Shown one piece after another: positions 26,207 to 35,648 of a DNA stretch of 64,000 nt. Both the position numbers and the translations under genes were made by a program. The notes beneath the pieces are model-generated. The model made no database searches, was not told where the DNA came from, and saw only the letters and a program-made list of their open reading frames with translations. The stretch is from a virus (Duplodnaviria; Caudoviricetes), in the IMG/VR virus record IMGVR_UViG_3300042507_002545, positions 33,989 to 97,988 of that record; one strand, written 5' to 3'. Positions within the stretch are counted from its first letter, which is position 1; the number at the start of each line of letters is the position of its first letter.

Positions 26207-26660
26207 TCTGAATTTAGTTATCTCTAAGTTCTTTAGTAGTATCCAACAAGATTTGAATAAGTATGATAAATACATAGGTGATTGCCATGCAATTATACCT
26301 GGCATAGATAACTTCAACGTTGTAGTCAACTTAGCTGAAGAACTTTATCCTGATGATAAACCTTTTACTGACAACATGAAAGTTCGTAAACAACAAGTTA
26401 TTATCATAAGACAATGTTGTTACTTGATAGGTAATGAACTTGGTTTAAGTTATTCTCATATGGTAAGAGTTCTTAATGACATGCATAAAGAGAAAGTTAC
26501 ACATCATGCTACTATGTTGCATGGTGCTAAGAAAACTCGTATTGCATTAGAAATCAAAGACAAAAGTGTATTACCTATATGGAGTAACTTAATGTCTAAG
26601 ATGCAAGAGAGAAATTATTCAAAATCATTTGTATCTTTAGAGTCTATAGACAAGTTATGA
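26139..26660 (+). CDS. protein with a DnaA domain IV-like HTH
   Basis: RQCCYL...LSYSHM...HHATMLHG resembles the DnaA C-terminal RQ..MYL...S...IG...DHTTVLH. Confidence 0.55.
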   Translation: MAEKDVMKLRSNIRQDLAQLNYDLNLVISKFFSSIQQDLNKYDKYIGDCHAIIPGIDNFNVVVNLAEELYPDDKPFTDNMKVRKQQVIIIRQCCYLIGNELGLSYSHMVRVLNDMHKEKVTHHATMLHGAKKTRIALEIKDKSVLPIWSNLMSKMQERNYSKSFVSLESIDKL

Positions 26661-27217
26661 AAGAACTATTTGACTTCTTAATAACTAAGGGTTTGTCCCC
26701 TAATAGTTATTATTTATTGTGGTCCATTTACAACGGTACAGCACCTCAAAATATTAAAGTACCTCTAGAAATGAGAACTGTTGCTCAACAAGGGTATATT
26801 GATGAAGAGGGTAAATTAACTTCTAAAGGTTTAGAAATTGTAAGATTTAACTCTAAAGTTGTAAGTGCTTTACCAGATGATGCATCAGATAATATTGATA
26901 AGTATATTTCTATATTTCCTAAAGGTAAACTTCCTAGCGGTAAAGCTGCTAGAGTAAACAAAAAGAATATAGAAGATGCTTTCAAATGGTTCTTTAAAAA
27001 TTATACGTATGATTGGGATACTATTCTACGTGCTACATTTTATTATGTAGAGACATATGAAAAGACTAATTATATGTATATGAAGAATTCACAGTACTTT
27101 ATACGTAAGCAGAACACCGATAAATCTTGGGATTCTGAACTTGCAAACTACTGTGATATAATTATTAATGGAGATGATGAGCCAGAAACTCCTCATTTCA
27201 GCGATAACGTAGTATGA
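26657..27217 (+). CDS. putative replication initiator / helicase loader
   Basis: upstream of DnaB; short HTH-like N-terminus. Confidence 0.45.
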   Translation: MKELFDFLITKGLSPNSYYLLWSIYNGTAPQNIKVPLEMRTVAQQGYIDEEGKLTSKGLEIVRFNSKVVSALPDDASDNIDKYISIFPKGKLPSGKAARVNKKNIEDAFKWFFKNYTYDWDTILRATFYYVETYEKTNYMYMKNSQYFIRKQNTDKSWDSELANYCDIIINGDDEPETPHFSDNVV

Positions 27218-27417
27218 TTATAAATCTTTTCACAAAAGAAAAGGCATTAGCTTTAATTGTTAGTATCTTTTTTTCAGTACTCAGTTGGTTTATAACCAAC
27301 ACGTTAATTATAGAAATAGCCCTGTGGCAGTATTTTCTTATAGAATTACTCTTGCTTTTTCTAAGTTATTTTTATAAATTCGTAGTAGAAAAATTACAGA
27401 TACCTCGTGCCGAATAG
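27214..27417 (+). CDS. small two-TM protein
   Basis: hydrophobic, 67 aa. Confidence 0.55.
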   Translation: MIINLFTKEKALALIVSIFFSVLSWFITNTLIIEIALWQYFLIELLLLFLSYFYKFVVEKLQIPRAE

Positions 27418-27431
27418 GTACGGGGTTTTTT
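27402..27431 (+). terminator. hairpin/terminator
   Basis: ACCTCGTGCC-GAATA-GGTACGGGGT-TTTTT. Confidence 0.65.
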
Positions 27432-27442
27432 ATCCTTAAACA

Positions 27443-28441
27443 ATGACAACAAAGAAAAAAAATACAAGCTGGAATAGCCAGCGGGAAGGATTTCTTGACT
27501 CTTTGAAGTACATGAAGGGACGTCAACAAGGCCAAATCAAAAGCTTAAAGACACCCTGGGATAAGTTTAATGACGCAACAACAAGTGGTTTAGAGTGGAA
27601 CTCAATGACGGTTATAGGCGGAAGACCGGCAAGTGGGAAAACTCTTATTAAAGATCAAATAGTACGTGAAGCTTTTGTTTTGAATAAAGGCGAAAACTTT
27701 AGAGTACTGGAATTTCAGTTTGAGATGATAGCACGTACTTCGGCTATCCGTGAATACTCCAGCGTACTTGGTAAACCTTATAAGTACTTATGCAGTGCTT
27801 CGGGGACACTTACCGATGATGATCTTCAAAAGTGTTATGATTACGCAAAAGAAAGAGTACAATACCCTATAGATATCGTAGAGGATCCTTGTACAGTTAA
27901 TGAATTCAAAGAAATCATTAAGGACTACATGGAATACTATGCTGAATCTGATGAAGATGGGGGAAAGGTATTTACAAAAACAATTGTAACGCTAGACCAT
28001 TCGCTCTTACTCAAAAAGGCACCTTTTGAGAAAGACAAATATGACACGTTGTATAATTTAGGTGAGGCGCTAACGGAACTTAAACGTAAGTATCCAATAG
28101 CATTTATTATCTTAAGTCAGCTTAATAGGAATATTGATAATCCTGAGCGTAGTGAAGACGGTAAGTATGGTAATTACATACTAGAGTCTGACCTATTTGG
28201 AGCTGACGCTTTATTGCAACATGCCGATACACTAGTAGGTATTAACAGACCTGGGAAACAAAAGATACGCTTATACGGTCCCGATAGATTTATTATTGAG
28301 GATGATAAGGTTCTTGTAATGCATTTTATCAAGTGCCGTAATGGCGATGCTAGAATGAGTTTCTTTAAGGCCGAGTTTGAGAAAATGAGGATTGTTGAAA
28401 CCGAAACTCCACCGCAACAAGAAAGAAAACTAAAATTCTAA
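27443..28441 (+). CDS. dnaB: DnaB-like replicative helicase
   Basis: GGRPASGKT, FEM, LSQLNR, IKCRNG. Confidence 0.9.
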   Translation: MTTKKKNTSWNSQREGFLDSLKYMKGRQQGQIKSLKTPWDKFNDATTSGLEWNSMTVIGGRPASGKTLIKDQIVREAFVLNKGENFRVLEFQFEMIARTSAIREYSSVLGKPYKYLCSASGTLTDDDLQKCYDYAKERVQYPIDIVEDPCTVNEFKEIIKDYMEYYAESDEDGGKVFTKTIVTLDHSLLLKKAPFEKDKYDTLYNLGEALTELKRKYPIAFIILSQLNRNIDNPERSEDGKYGNYILESDLFGADALLQHADTLVGINRPGKQKIRLYGPDRFIIEDDKVLVMHFIKCRNGDARMSFFKAEFEKMRIVETETPPQQERKLKF

Positions 28442-28446
28442 GTAAC

Positions 28447-29007
28447 ATGTCAATAAGTACAACACCAAAAGCAGACAATGTAAAGGATAAGCTCCAAGAT
28501 CTTAGACAGTATCATCAGCCAAGCTTTGATGCTCTAGGTATTCCTGATGCACTTTACATCCCTAAGTTAATTTATCGCCCACAAGGTAAAGATGAAATGC
28601 ATTTCAGCATGTTTGTCGGCGAGCTTCGCAAAGAACAAGATGTTTATACCGAAGCTGTAAGCCAAGCAAAAGATCCTGAAGATATTAATCGCACCTTGTA
28701 TGTTTGGCGTTATAATCCACACTGGTTAGAAGAATATGATACCACCGAGCCTATGGCTAATGGTCAAGTAAGATATCTTATTCCAGCTGCTGAATTAGTT
28801 AAAGTTAACATCCCTGGTAAAGAAGACAAAAAAACTATTTCTACTAAAGGTAAATCTCCTGCAGCTCCATTAACTATGGACTTTGATGAGATTTTAGATC
28901 CTAATAGTGACGCACCATTTGACCAATTAACAATTCGCGATTTGGCCGCATTGCTATTAAAGAAGCCTGTAAGTAACAAGAAATGGTTGAATGATTTATT
29001 AAAATAA
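28447..29007 (+). CDS. hypothetical replication-module protein
   Basis: 186 aa; C-terminal LTIRDLAA...KPVS.K.WLN.L. Confidence 0.65.
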   Translation: MSISTTPKADNVKDKLQDLRQYHQPSFDALGIPDALYIPKLIYRPQGKDEMHFSMFVGELRKEQDVYTEAVSQAKDPEDINRTLYVWRYNPHWLEEYDTTEPMANGQVRYLIPAAELVKVNIPGKEDKKTISTKGKSPAAPLTMDFDEILDPNSDAPFDQLTIRDLAALLLKKPVSNKKWLNDLLK

Positions 29008-29008
29008 C

Positions 29009-29752
29009 ATGGAAATTAAATTGCCGTTAGAAAAAGTTAAGGCTGTATCTCAAAGCCCAAGTAACTTGATTGTATTTTCAAAGCCTAAGACTGGTAAAAC
29101 AACTTTGTTTGCCAACTTAGAGAATTGCCTTATTCTAGATTTAGAAAATGGTGCCGATTATATTGACGCTATTAAGATTAAAGCAAGTTCAGTTGAAGAA
29201 ATCAAGCATATTGGTAAAGCTATTAAAGATGCTGGTAACCCATATCAATACGTTGCTGTAGATACTATTACAGCACTAGAGGAGATGTGTGTTCCTTATG
29301 CCGAAGAACTTTATTCTAGAACACCTATGGGTAAAAACTGGTTTACATCAGGTAAGGCACAATATGGTACTATTCTTAGTTTACCTAATGGTGCTGGTTA
29401 TCCATATCTTAGAGAAGCTTTTACAAAGGTTGTTGATTATATCAAGACCTGGGCTCCTAGAACAATATTGGTAGGACACGTAAAAGACACCCTTCTTGAG
29501 AAAAACGGTTCCGAGTTTAACTCTTTAGACTTGGATTTAACCGGTAAACTAAAGAGAATATCTTGTTCTAATTCTGATGCTATAGGTTATCTATACCGAA
29601 AAGGCAAAACTAATATCTTAAGTTTTAAAACTTCTGATGAAATTGCCTGCGGTGCAAGACCTGAGCACTTGAGAAATCAAGAGTTTGTAGTATCTGAATT
29701 AACAGATGAAAACGTAATTAACGTAGATTGGAGTAAAATTTATATCGATTAA
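29009..29752 (+). CDS. AAA_24/Sak4-like ATPase
   Basis: KPKTGKT, LDLENG, VDTIT, VGH. Confidence 0.8.
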   Translation: MEIKLPLEKVKAVSQSPSNLIVFSKPKTGKTTLFANLENCLILDLENGADYIDAIKIKASSVEEIKHIGKAIKDAGNPYQYVAVDTITALEEMCVPYAEELYSRTPMGKNWFTSGKAQYGTILSLPNGAGYPYLREAFTKVVDYIKTWAPRTILVGHVKDTLLEKNGSEFNSLDLDLTGKLKRISCSNSDAIGYLYRKGKTNILSFKTSDEIACGARPEHLRNQEFVVSELTDENVINVDWSKIYID

Positions 29753-29763
29753 CCCTAAGTAAA

Positions 29764-30456
29764 ATGATAAGTACAAAAGATGTAGTAAGTACAACTGGTG
29801 GATCCAGTGTACCTAAAGTAATTCAACCAGGTAATGAAACATGTACAGTGTTGAACATTAAGCTAGAACCAGCTCGCTTTAAAGAAGGTGGTTATGATAT
29901 TATCCTTAACGTTGAAGGTCCAGCAATGGGCGATGACTTTGAAGGCTTTTGGATTAACAAAGACAACCAATCTTTGGGACGCCATTTAGGTCAAGTAGGT
30001 CGCATTCGTGCAAGTGAGTATCCTTATGCTGATGGTACTACTAAAAGTGGTATTGAGGTAAGTCGTGATAAAGAGCTTCTACGTTTCTTGCAATCTTTTT
30101 GTAAGGAAACTAAATCTCTTGAATGGTTTGTGCAGCAAGATAACAAGCATGAAACGATTGAATCTTTATTTGAGGCTTTCAACAATGATAAGCCATTCGC
30201 AGGTAAAGAAATTCGCATGTGTGTTGCGGGTAAAGAGTATGTGAATAAAGAAGGTTATACTAACTATGATTTATTCTTACCTAAGTATTCTCGTGGTCAA
30301 GTACCATTTGAGTCTGCTAGTATTGAAGAAAATTCTAGTAAAATTGTAACTTTTGATGAGCAAATCCACGTTAAGAAACGTAAAGTTGAAAGCGTAAGCT
30401 CATTTGGTGATGATCAGCCTGCAGCTCCAAAAGCTACAGGTGATTTTGAACTATAA
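29764..30456 (+). CDS. putative ssDNA-binding protein
   Basis: follows the Sak4-like gene; acidic/aromatic C-terminus (GDFEL); terminator follows. Confidence 0.55.
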   Translation: MISTKDVVSTTGGSSVPKVIQPGNETCTVLNIKLEPARFKEGGYDIILNVEGPAMGDDFEGFWINKDNQSLGRHLGQVGRIRASEYPYADGTTKSGIEVSRDKELLRFLQSFCKETKSLEWFVQQDNKHETIESLFEAFNNDKPFAGKEIRMCVAGKEYVNKEGYTNYDLFLPKYSRGQVPFESASIEENSSKIVTFDEQIHVKKRKVESVSSFGDDQPAAPKATGDFEL

Positions 30457-30473
30457 TTTTTAATTGAATATGG

Positions 30474-30498
30474 AGGGGAGTGTAATGCTCCCCTTTTT
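30474..30498 (+). terminator. intrinsic terminator
   Basis: AGGGGAG...CTCCCCT-TTTT. Confidence 0.75.
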
Positions 30499-30516
30499 AT
30501 TCTTAATACATTTAAC

Positions 30517-31473
30517 ATGATTAGTACAAAATTACAAGCTACAACTGCTAATAGCATTCCATCTTATTGGGTGTTTGAACATTTTTGCAAATTAGATACT
30601 AAACTTGTTGGTCAAAATATAAAGATTAAATCTCCTTTTAATCCAGCGGAGACTAATCCTAGCTTTTGTATATATGTAAAAGGCAATAAATATTGCTTCA
30701 AAGATTTCTCTACAGATAATGGGGGTAATCATATTGAGTTTGTAAAACTTGTTTATAATTGCGATGCTATGCAGGCTGCAACAATTATGCTTGAGGAGTA
30801 CAACAAAACTATTGGATTAGATGATGAAAGGTTTATTGAACCTGAGGGTCGCTATGAAGTAACTAGCTATCAAGAAAGAAAGTGGACTAACCTAGACGCA
30901 GAATATTGGACGCAATTTAAGATTGATTCTAATACTCTTAACCATTATGATGTAAGACCTATTGAGTCTTATGTTATGGAGAAAGAGAATGCTCCAGATG
31001 TTACTATGAAAAGTGCATATTTCTATGGTTACTTTAGAAGTAGCGGCGAGTTGTATAAAATTTATCAGCCAAAAAATAAAGAGAACAAGTTTATAAAGGT
31101 TAATGGTTATATCCAGGGTACTGATCAATTAAAATTTGATAAACCTAATCTTATAATCTGCAGCTCTCTTAAAGATATTATGGCATTAAGCAAGTTTGGC
31201 TATAACGCTGAATTTGTAGCGCCGGATAGCGAAAATACAATGATTCCTAGCGGGTCAATTGCAATGTATAAAGATCGTTATAAGGCAATATGTACTCTAT
31301 TTGATTATGATGAAGCGGGTATAAGATCTGCAGATAAGTATAAAAAACTATATGGGATAAACAAAGTTATTCTACCTATGTCTAAAGACTTATCCGATTC
31401 TGTACGTGATTTTGGTATTCAAAAGGTACATGAAGAATTATTTCCTTTATTAAAAGAAGCATTAAAGAAATAA
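30517..31473 (+). CDS. DNA primase (TOPRIM)
   Basis: SPF...PSF...FKDF N-domain; SSLKD, FDYDEAG, KDLSD. Confidence 0.85.
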   Translation: MISTKLQATTANSIPSYWVFEHFCKLDTKLVGQNIKIKSPFNPAETNPSFCIYVKGNKYCFKDFSTDNGGNHIEFVKLVYNCDAMQAATIMLEEYNKTIGLDDERFIEPEGRYEVTSYQERKWTNLDAEYWTQFKIDSNTLNHYDVRPIESYVMEKENAPDVTMKSAYFYGYFRSSGELYKIYQPKNKENKFIKVNGYIQGTDQLKFDKPNLIICSSLKDIMALSKFGYNAEFVAPDSENTMIPSGSIAMYKDRYKAICTLFDYDEAGIRSADKYKKLYGINKVILPMSKDLSDSVRDFGIQKVHEELFPLLKEALKK

Positions 31474-31477
31474 AATT

Positions 31478-31750
31478 ATGGGAGAAGAGAATTTAAAATT
31501 AGCACATAGAATTTTACAGAATTCAACATATGGAATTATGCATGATTCGTTACCTGAAACTATACCTGCATATTATAATAATGATTACGAGAAGTTACTT
31601 GATCAGATTAGTCCGCTTTGTTTACCAGATCAAGCAGATAAAGTAATAGTTAAAATGCTTGATATAATTAAAGGTTATGATGCTGATGATACTCACCGGC
31701 ACGTAAATGATTTACTAATGCAAATAGCTAGAAAACATGTGGGTTTATAA
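31478..31750 (+). CDS. hypothetical protein
   Basis: 90 aa; contains RILQNSTYG. Confidence 0.55.
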   Translation: MGEENLKLAHRILQNSTYGIMHDSLPETIPAYYNNDYEKLLDQISPLCLPDQADKVIVKMLDIIKGYDADDTHRHVNDLLMQIARKHVGL

Positions 31751-32153
31751 ATTAAAAGAATTCACCGAGGATATGATTCCTGATGGTGCTGTAGGATTTG
31801 TATACCAAATGGATGTTATCCTAGATGGTGAGCGCAAGTCCTACATTGGCAAGAAGAACTTCTTTGCAGATGTTAAGACTAAGCTTTCTAAGAAGGCATT
31901 GTCTACTGACAAACGTAAGAAGACTTACAAGCGTGTTAGAAAAATTGTATATCAAAATTACTATAGTAGTAATGAGAAACTTAAGGCAGCTCATAAGGCT
32001 GGAGTACAAATCAAAAGGACTATCCTAAAGATATGTTACTCTAAGACAGAGCTCTCTTATCAAGAAGTTAAATACCAATTTATGTGTGAGGTACTAGAGA
32101 AAGACTTCTGGTTAAACGCAAACATACTTGGTAGGTTTTATAAACAAAAGTAA
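31737..32153 (+). CDS. GIY-YIG family nuclease
   Basis: GFVY...YIGKK...YYSS...E...N.NI.G. Confidence 0.8.
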   Translation: MWVYKLKEFTEDMIPDGAVGFVYQMDVILDGERKSYIGKKNFFADVKTKLSKKALSTDKRKKTYKRVRKIVYQNYYSSNEKLKAAHKAGVQIKRTILKICYSKTELSYQEVKYQFMCEVLEKDFWLNANILGRFYKQK

Positions 32154-32154
32154 T

Positions 32155-32514
32155 ATGGCAAGCTTAAAGACAGCAACCTTATTTGCAGCATTAAAAGATG
32201 CTGGTGTAACACATGTAGAAATTAGATATGATGGCGGAGGAGACTCTGGCCAGGTGGAAGATGTAGAATTTTATGGAGCCAATGGAGATAACACTGCTCT
32301 TAATGATATGTATGAGGGAGATCTACAAGACCTAGCTTATCATATACTTGAGGAGCATTATCAGTATGACTGGTATAATAATGATGGTGGTTATGGAACT
32401 ATAGATATTGACTTTGAAGAAGAACCTCCTACTATAAATATTAATGGTTACGTAAGAAATCTTACTGATGCTTATGGTTCAGTTGATCTTACAGATATAA
32501 AGTGGCAAGAGTAA
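32155..32514 (+). CDS. conserved acidic protein (DUF6878-like)
   Basis: YDGGGDSGQVE...DWYNNDGGYG. Confidence 0.65.
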   Translation: MASLKTATLFAALKDAGVTHVEIRYDGGGDSGQVEDVEFYGANGDNTALNDMYEGDLQDLAYHILEEHYQYDWYNNDGGYGTIDIDFEEEPPTININGYVRNLTDAYGSVDLTDIKWQE

Positions 32515-32855
32515 TGGCGCATCCATATGATCATGCTCGCAGCTCTGCTAAGAAGTGGGGCGGTGAACCTGACGAGTACCTCCATATCCATAATTGGTTC
32601 GATGAAACTAAGGCGTGGTATGGTCACAGCATGCATAGATTATTCAGGCATCACAGTGAAGGTATCTTTGAATGTGAAAGGGTCTTCGGACCTTTTTTTG
32701 TTAACTCTAAGGGTAAAAAAGTTATGACTCGCTATGTAGGTGAGCAACATGTAAAAGAAGATTGCAATGGTTATCTACCAAGTGCAAAGGAGTGGATTAC
32801 TAATATGAATAACCCTCCGGTATGGATGTTAAAAACATTAAAAATAGAAGACTAA
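32514..32855 (+). CDS. His-rich conserved protein (DUF6915-like)
   Basis: HPYDHARSSAKKWGG...IH.WFD.TK...HR..RHH.EG...EQHV.ED. Confidence 0.7.
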   Translation: MAHPYDHARSSAKKWGGEPDEYLHIHNWFDETKAWYGHSMHRLFRHHSEGIFECERVFGPFFVNSKGKKVMTRYVGEQHVKEDCNGYLPSAKEWITNMNNPPVWMLKTLKIED

Positions 32856-33262
32856 TGGGAGAAGTATTTAAACTTGATGAGACAACATATAAGAACTTGT
32901 TGTCAATGGCTAAGTCTGTAGATAGAGAGAATCACATTGTGGTTAAGAATCTTATTGACTCCTCAGATATTGAGGCTAACTTACCCTTTGTACTTATGTT
33001 ATATAAGGAAGCTGGGTATAAGAATATAAATCTTGAACAAGATACCATAGAAAAGATAAAGAGCTTTACTGGTATTACTTACGGTAATGCATTAACATGG
33101 AATCATATGTATGAGATTCTTCACAAGAATGTGAATGTTGATCCTATAGCTATGGCGTTCTTTATTAACAGATTTGCAGAAGAGTTAGGGAAGCAATTAG
33201 AAACTGCTGGTTTCACTTTCATGGAGAAGTATCAACTAACATTAATAGCTAAAGGTAAATGA
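32855..33262 (+). CDS. helical protein sharing a motif with 35648 and 36763
   Basis: LDETTYKNLLSMAKSVDRENHIV. Confidence 0.6.
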   Translation: MGEVFKLDETTYKNLLSMAKSVDRENHIVVKNLIDSSDIEANLPFVLMLYKEAGYKNINLEQDTIEKIKSFTGITYGNALTWNHMYEILHKNVNVDPIAMAFFINRFAEELGKQLETAGFTFMEKYQLTLIAKGK

Positions 33263-34452
33263 CAAAACAAGATAGTCTAGCTAAGGCTAGCAAAGAACTA
33301 ATGTTAAAAGAGCCCTTCTATGGGCTCTTTCTCATTGGACTAAATAAACTATGGAGCAATCGTGTTCCTACTGCAGGTGTATGCAAGCATAATATAAACT
33401 TCCAGTTAATGATTAACGAGGAGTTTTGGGAAAGCTTGAGTCCTGAACATCACATAGGTCTACTAAAGCATGAGTTATTGCATATTGCATTCTTTCATCT
33501 TACTATACACAATGATTTCCCAGATAAGAATCTGGCTAACATTGCTATGGACTTGGAGATTAATCAGTATATAGATGCACAGTATCTTCCTGACGGTGGT
33601 TGTACTATTGACAATGAGATGTTTGCACCTATGAATCTTCCTGCTAAGGCTGGCTGTAGAGAGTATTATAAACTACTGCAACAGCAGCTAGATAATGGAG
33701 ATGGTACTAGCAAGTTTGAGCAGATGATGAAAGCTATGGCAGAAGGTCAACCTACTTATGGTAATGGTCAACCTATTCCTGATCATAGCACATGGGATGA
33801 TTTCAAAGACTTAAGTGAAGCTGAACAAAAACTTATACAAAAGCAAGTTGAGCATCAACTTAAGGAGATTGCAGAACAAATAGAAAAGTCTAGAGGTCAT
33901 GTACCTGGAGAACTCAAGGGTTTACTAGACAAGCTTAACAGTAGTGAGCCAGCTAAGTTTGACTGGAAGTCTTATCTTAGAAGGTTTACTGGAGGTAGTC
34001 AGAAAGTATTTACTAAGAAGTTGAGACGTAAGTTTAATAAAAGATTTGAGGATAACCCAGGTCTTAAGATTAAACACCGTAAGCACATCTTAGTTGCTGT
34101 AGATACTAGCGGTTCCGTTAGTGATAAGGAAGTACAAGAGTTCTTCCATGAGATTGATCATATCAATAAGACAGGTGCAGAGATAACTATTGTACAATGT
34201 GATTCAAGAATTCAACATATTGGCAAGTACAAGGCCGGAGATAAGATTGAAATTCATGGACGCGGAGGTACTGAGTTTGACCCTGTATTAGAATTGTATA
34301 ATAATAACCAAGATAAATATACTTGTCTAGTATATCTAACAGATGGTGAATGTAGTTGTAGTGTAAAGCCTGTTGGCAAATTATTGTGGGTAATTTCTAC
34401 CCGTGGAAGTATAAATAAAGACCTACCTGGTCCGCAAATTAAATTAAACTAA
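33259..34452 (+). CDS. metallopeptidase-vWA protein (DUF2201-like)
   Basis: HELLH, NIAMDLEIN, DTSGS MIDAS, GRGGT.F, TDG. Confidence 0.88.
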   Translation: MTKQDSLAKASKELMLKEPFYGLFLIGLNKLWSNRVPTAGVCKHNINFQLMINEEFWESLSPEHHIGLLKHELLHIAFFHLTIHNDFPDKNLANIAMDLEINQYIDAQYLPDGGCTIDNEMFAPMNLPAKAGCREYYKLLQQQLDNGDGTSKFEQMMKAMAEGQPTYGNGQPIPDHSTWDDFKDLSEAEQKLIQKQVEHQLKEIAEQIEKSRGHVPGELKGLLDKLNSSEPAKFDWKSYLRRFTGGSQKVFTKKLRRKFNKRFEDNPGLKIKHRKHILVAVDTSGSVSDKEVQEFFHEIDHINKTGAEITIVQCDSRIQHIGKYKAGDKIEIHGRGGTEFDPVLELYNNNQDKYTCLVYLTDGECSCSVKPVGKLLWVISTRGSINKDLPGPQIKLN

Positions 34453-34457
34453 GCATT

Positions 34458-35648
34458 ATGAGCGCAAATCAAGTTAACTTAAACACAGACGAGTTGAAGA
34501 CCTTTATTGGTCACATTGTAAAGAATAATCAACATATTCAAGCTGACGGGAAGATTCCTGTAGCAGTGAATATTGAAGGTGAGGCCGGTATCGGTAAGAC
34601 AACCACTATTTTGCAGATTGGTAAAGAACTAGGACTAGATGTAGTTAAGTTGAACCTTGCACAGATCGAGGAGTTAGGTGACCTTACAGGTTTTCCTATT
34701 AAGGAGTTTGAAGTAGTTAAGACTACAGATGATGGAAAGAAGGTAGCCAAGTGGGTGCCTGAGAACATCATGCCTATGTATATTCAGAATAAATATGTTC
34801 CTAGTGGAGAAAAGCGTATGGGTTATGCTACTCCAGAATGGATTCAAGGTAAGGAGCAAGGTGGTATCTTAATCTTAGATGACTATAGCCGTGCTGACCA
34901 AAGATTTACCCAAGCGGCGATGGAATTAATTGACCGTCAAAAGTATATCTCATGGGAGTTACCAAAGAACTGGCATATTGTATTGACTAGTAACCCAGAC
35001 AATGGTGACTATCAAGTAACATCTATGGATGCTGCACAAAAGACTCGCTTTATTACAGCTTACTTAAAGTTTGATGTAGATTGCTGGGCTCGTTGGGCAG
35101 AGCAAAATAGTATTGACTCTCGTTGTATTAACTTTTTGTTGATGCATCCTGAGTTGGTTACACAGACAACTAATGCTCGTAGTATTACTACTTTCTTTAA
35201 CAGTATCTCTAGCATAGAGAACTTTGAGCAGGACTTACCGCTTATCCAAATGATTGGTGAGGGTAGTGTAGGAAGCGAGTTCGCTACTCTATTTACTACA
35301 TTCATTAATAACAAGTTGGACAAGTTGATTACTCCTAAAGATATGTTGACTAACAACAGCTGGGAGTATGTTAAGGGTCAGATGAATAACTGTGTTGGTA
35401 AGGATGATGCATACCGTGCAGACATCGCTAGTATTCTAGCATTGCGCTTCACTAACTATGCGGTTCACTATAGCACAGATAACACTGTAGATCAAAAGAT
35501 CATTGACCGTGTTACCAACTTCATCACTGATAAGGACATCTTCACTAATGACTTGAAGTATGCTATTATCAAGGGTATCCTTAATGGAAGTAAGAAGTTC
35601 ACCAAGTTAATGTTAAACGCTAATATCGCTGCTATTGCAGTTAAGTAA
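34458..35648 (+). CDS. MoxR-like AAA+ ATPase
   Basis: GEAGIGKT, GDL.G.P, ILILDDYSRA, D.AQKTRF. Confidence 0.85.
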   Translation: MSANQVNLNTDELKTFIGHIVKNNQHIQADGKIPVAVNIEGEAGIGKTTTILQIGKELGLDVVKLNLAQIEELGDLTGFPIKEFEVVKTTDDGKKVAKWVPENIMPMYIQNKYVPSGEKRMGYATPEWIQGKEQGGILILDDYSRADQRFTQAAMELIDRQKYISWELPKNWHIVLTSNPDNGDYQVTSMDAAQKTRFITAYLKFDVDCWARWAEQNSIDSRCINFLLMHPELVTQTTNARSITTFFNSISSIENFEQDLPLIQMIGEGSVGSEFATLFTTFINNKLDKLITPKDMLTNNSWEYVKGQMNNCVGKDDAYRADIASILALRFTNYAVHYSTDNTVDQKIIDRVTNFITDKDIFTNDLKYAIIKGILNGSKKFTKLMLNANIAAIAVK

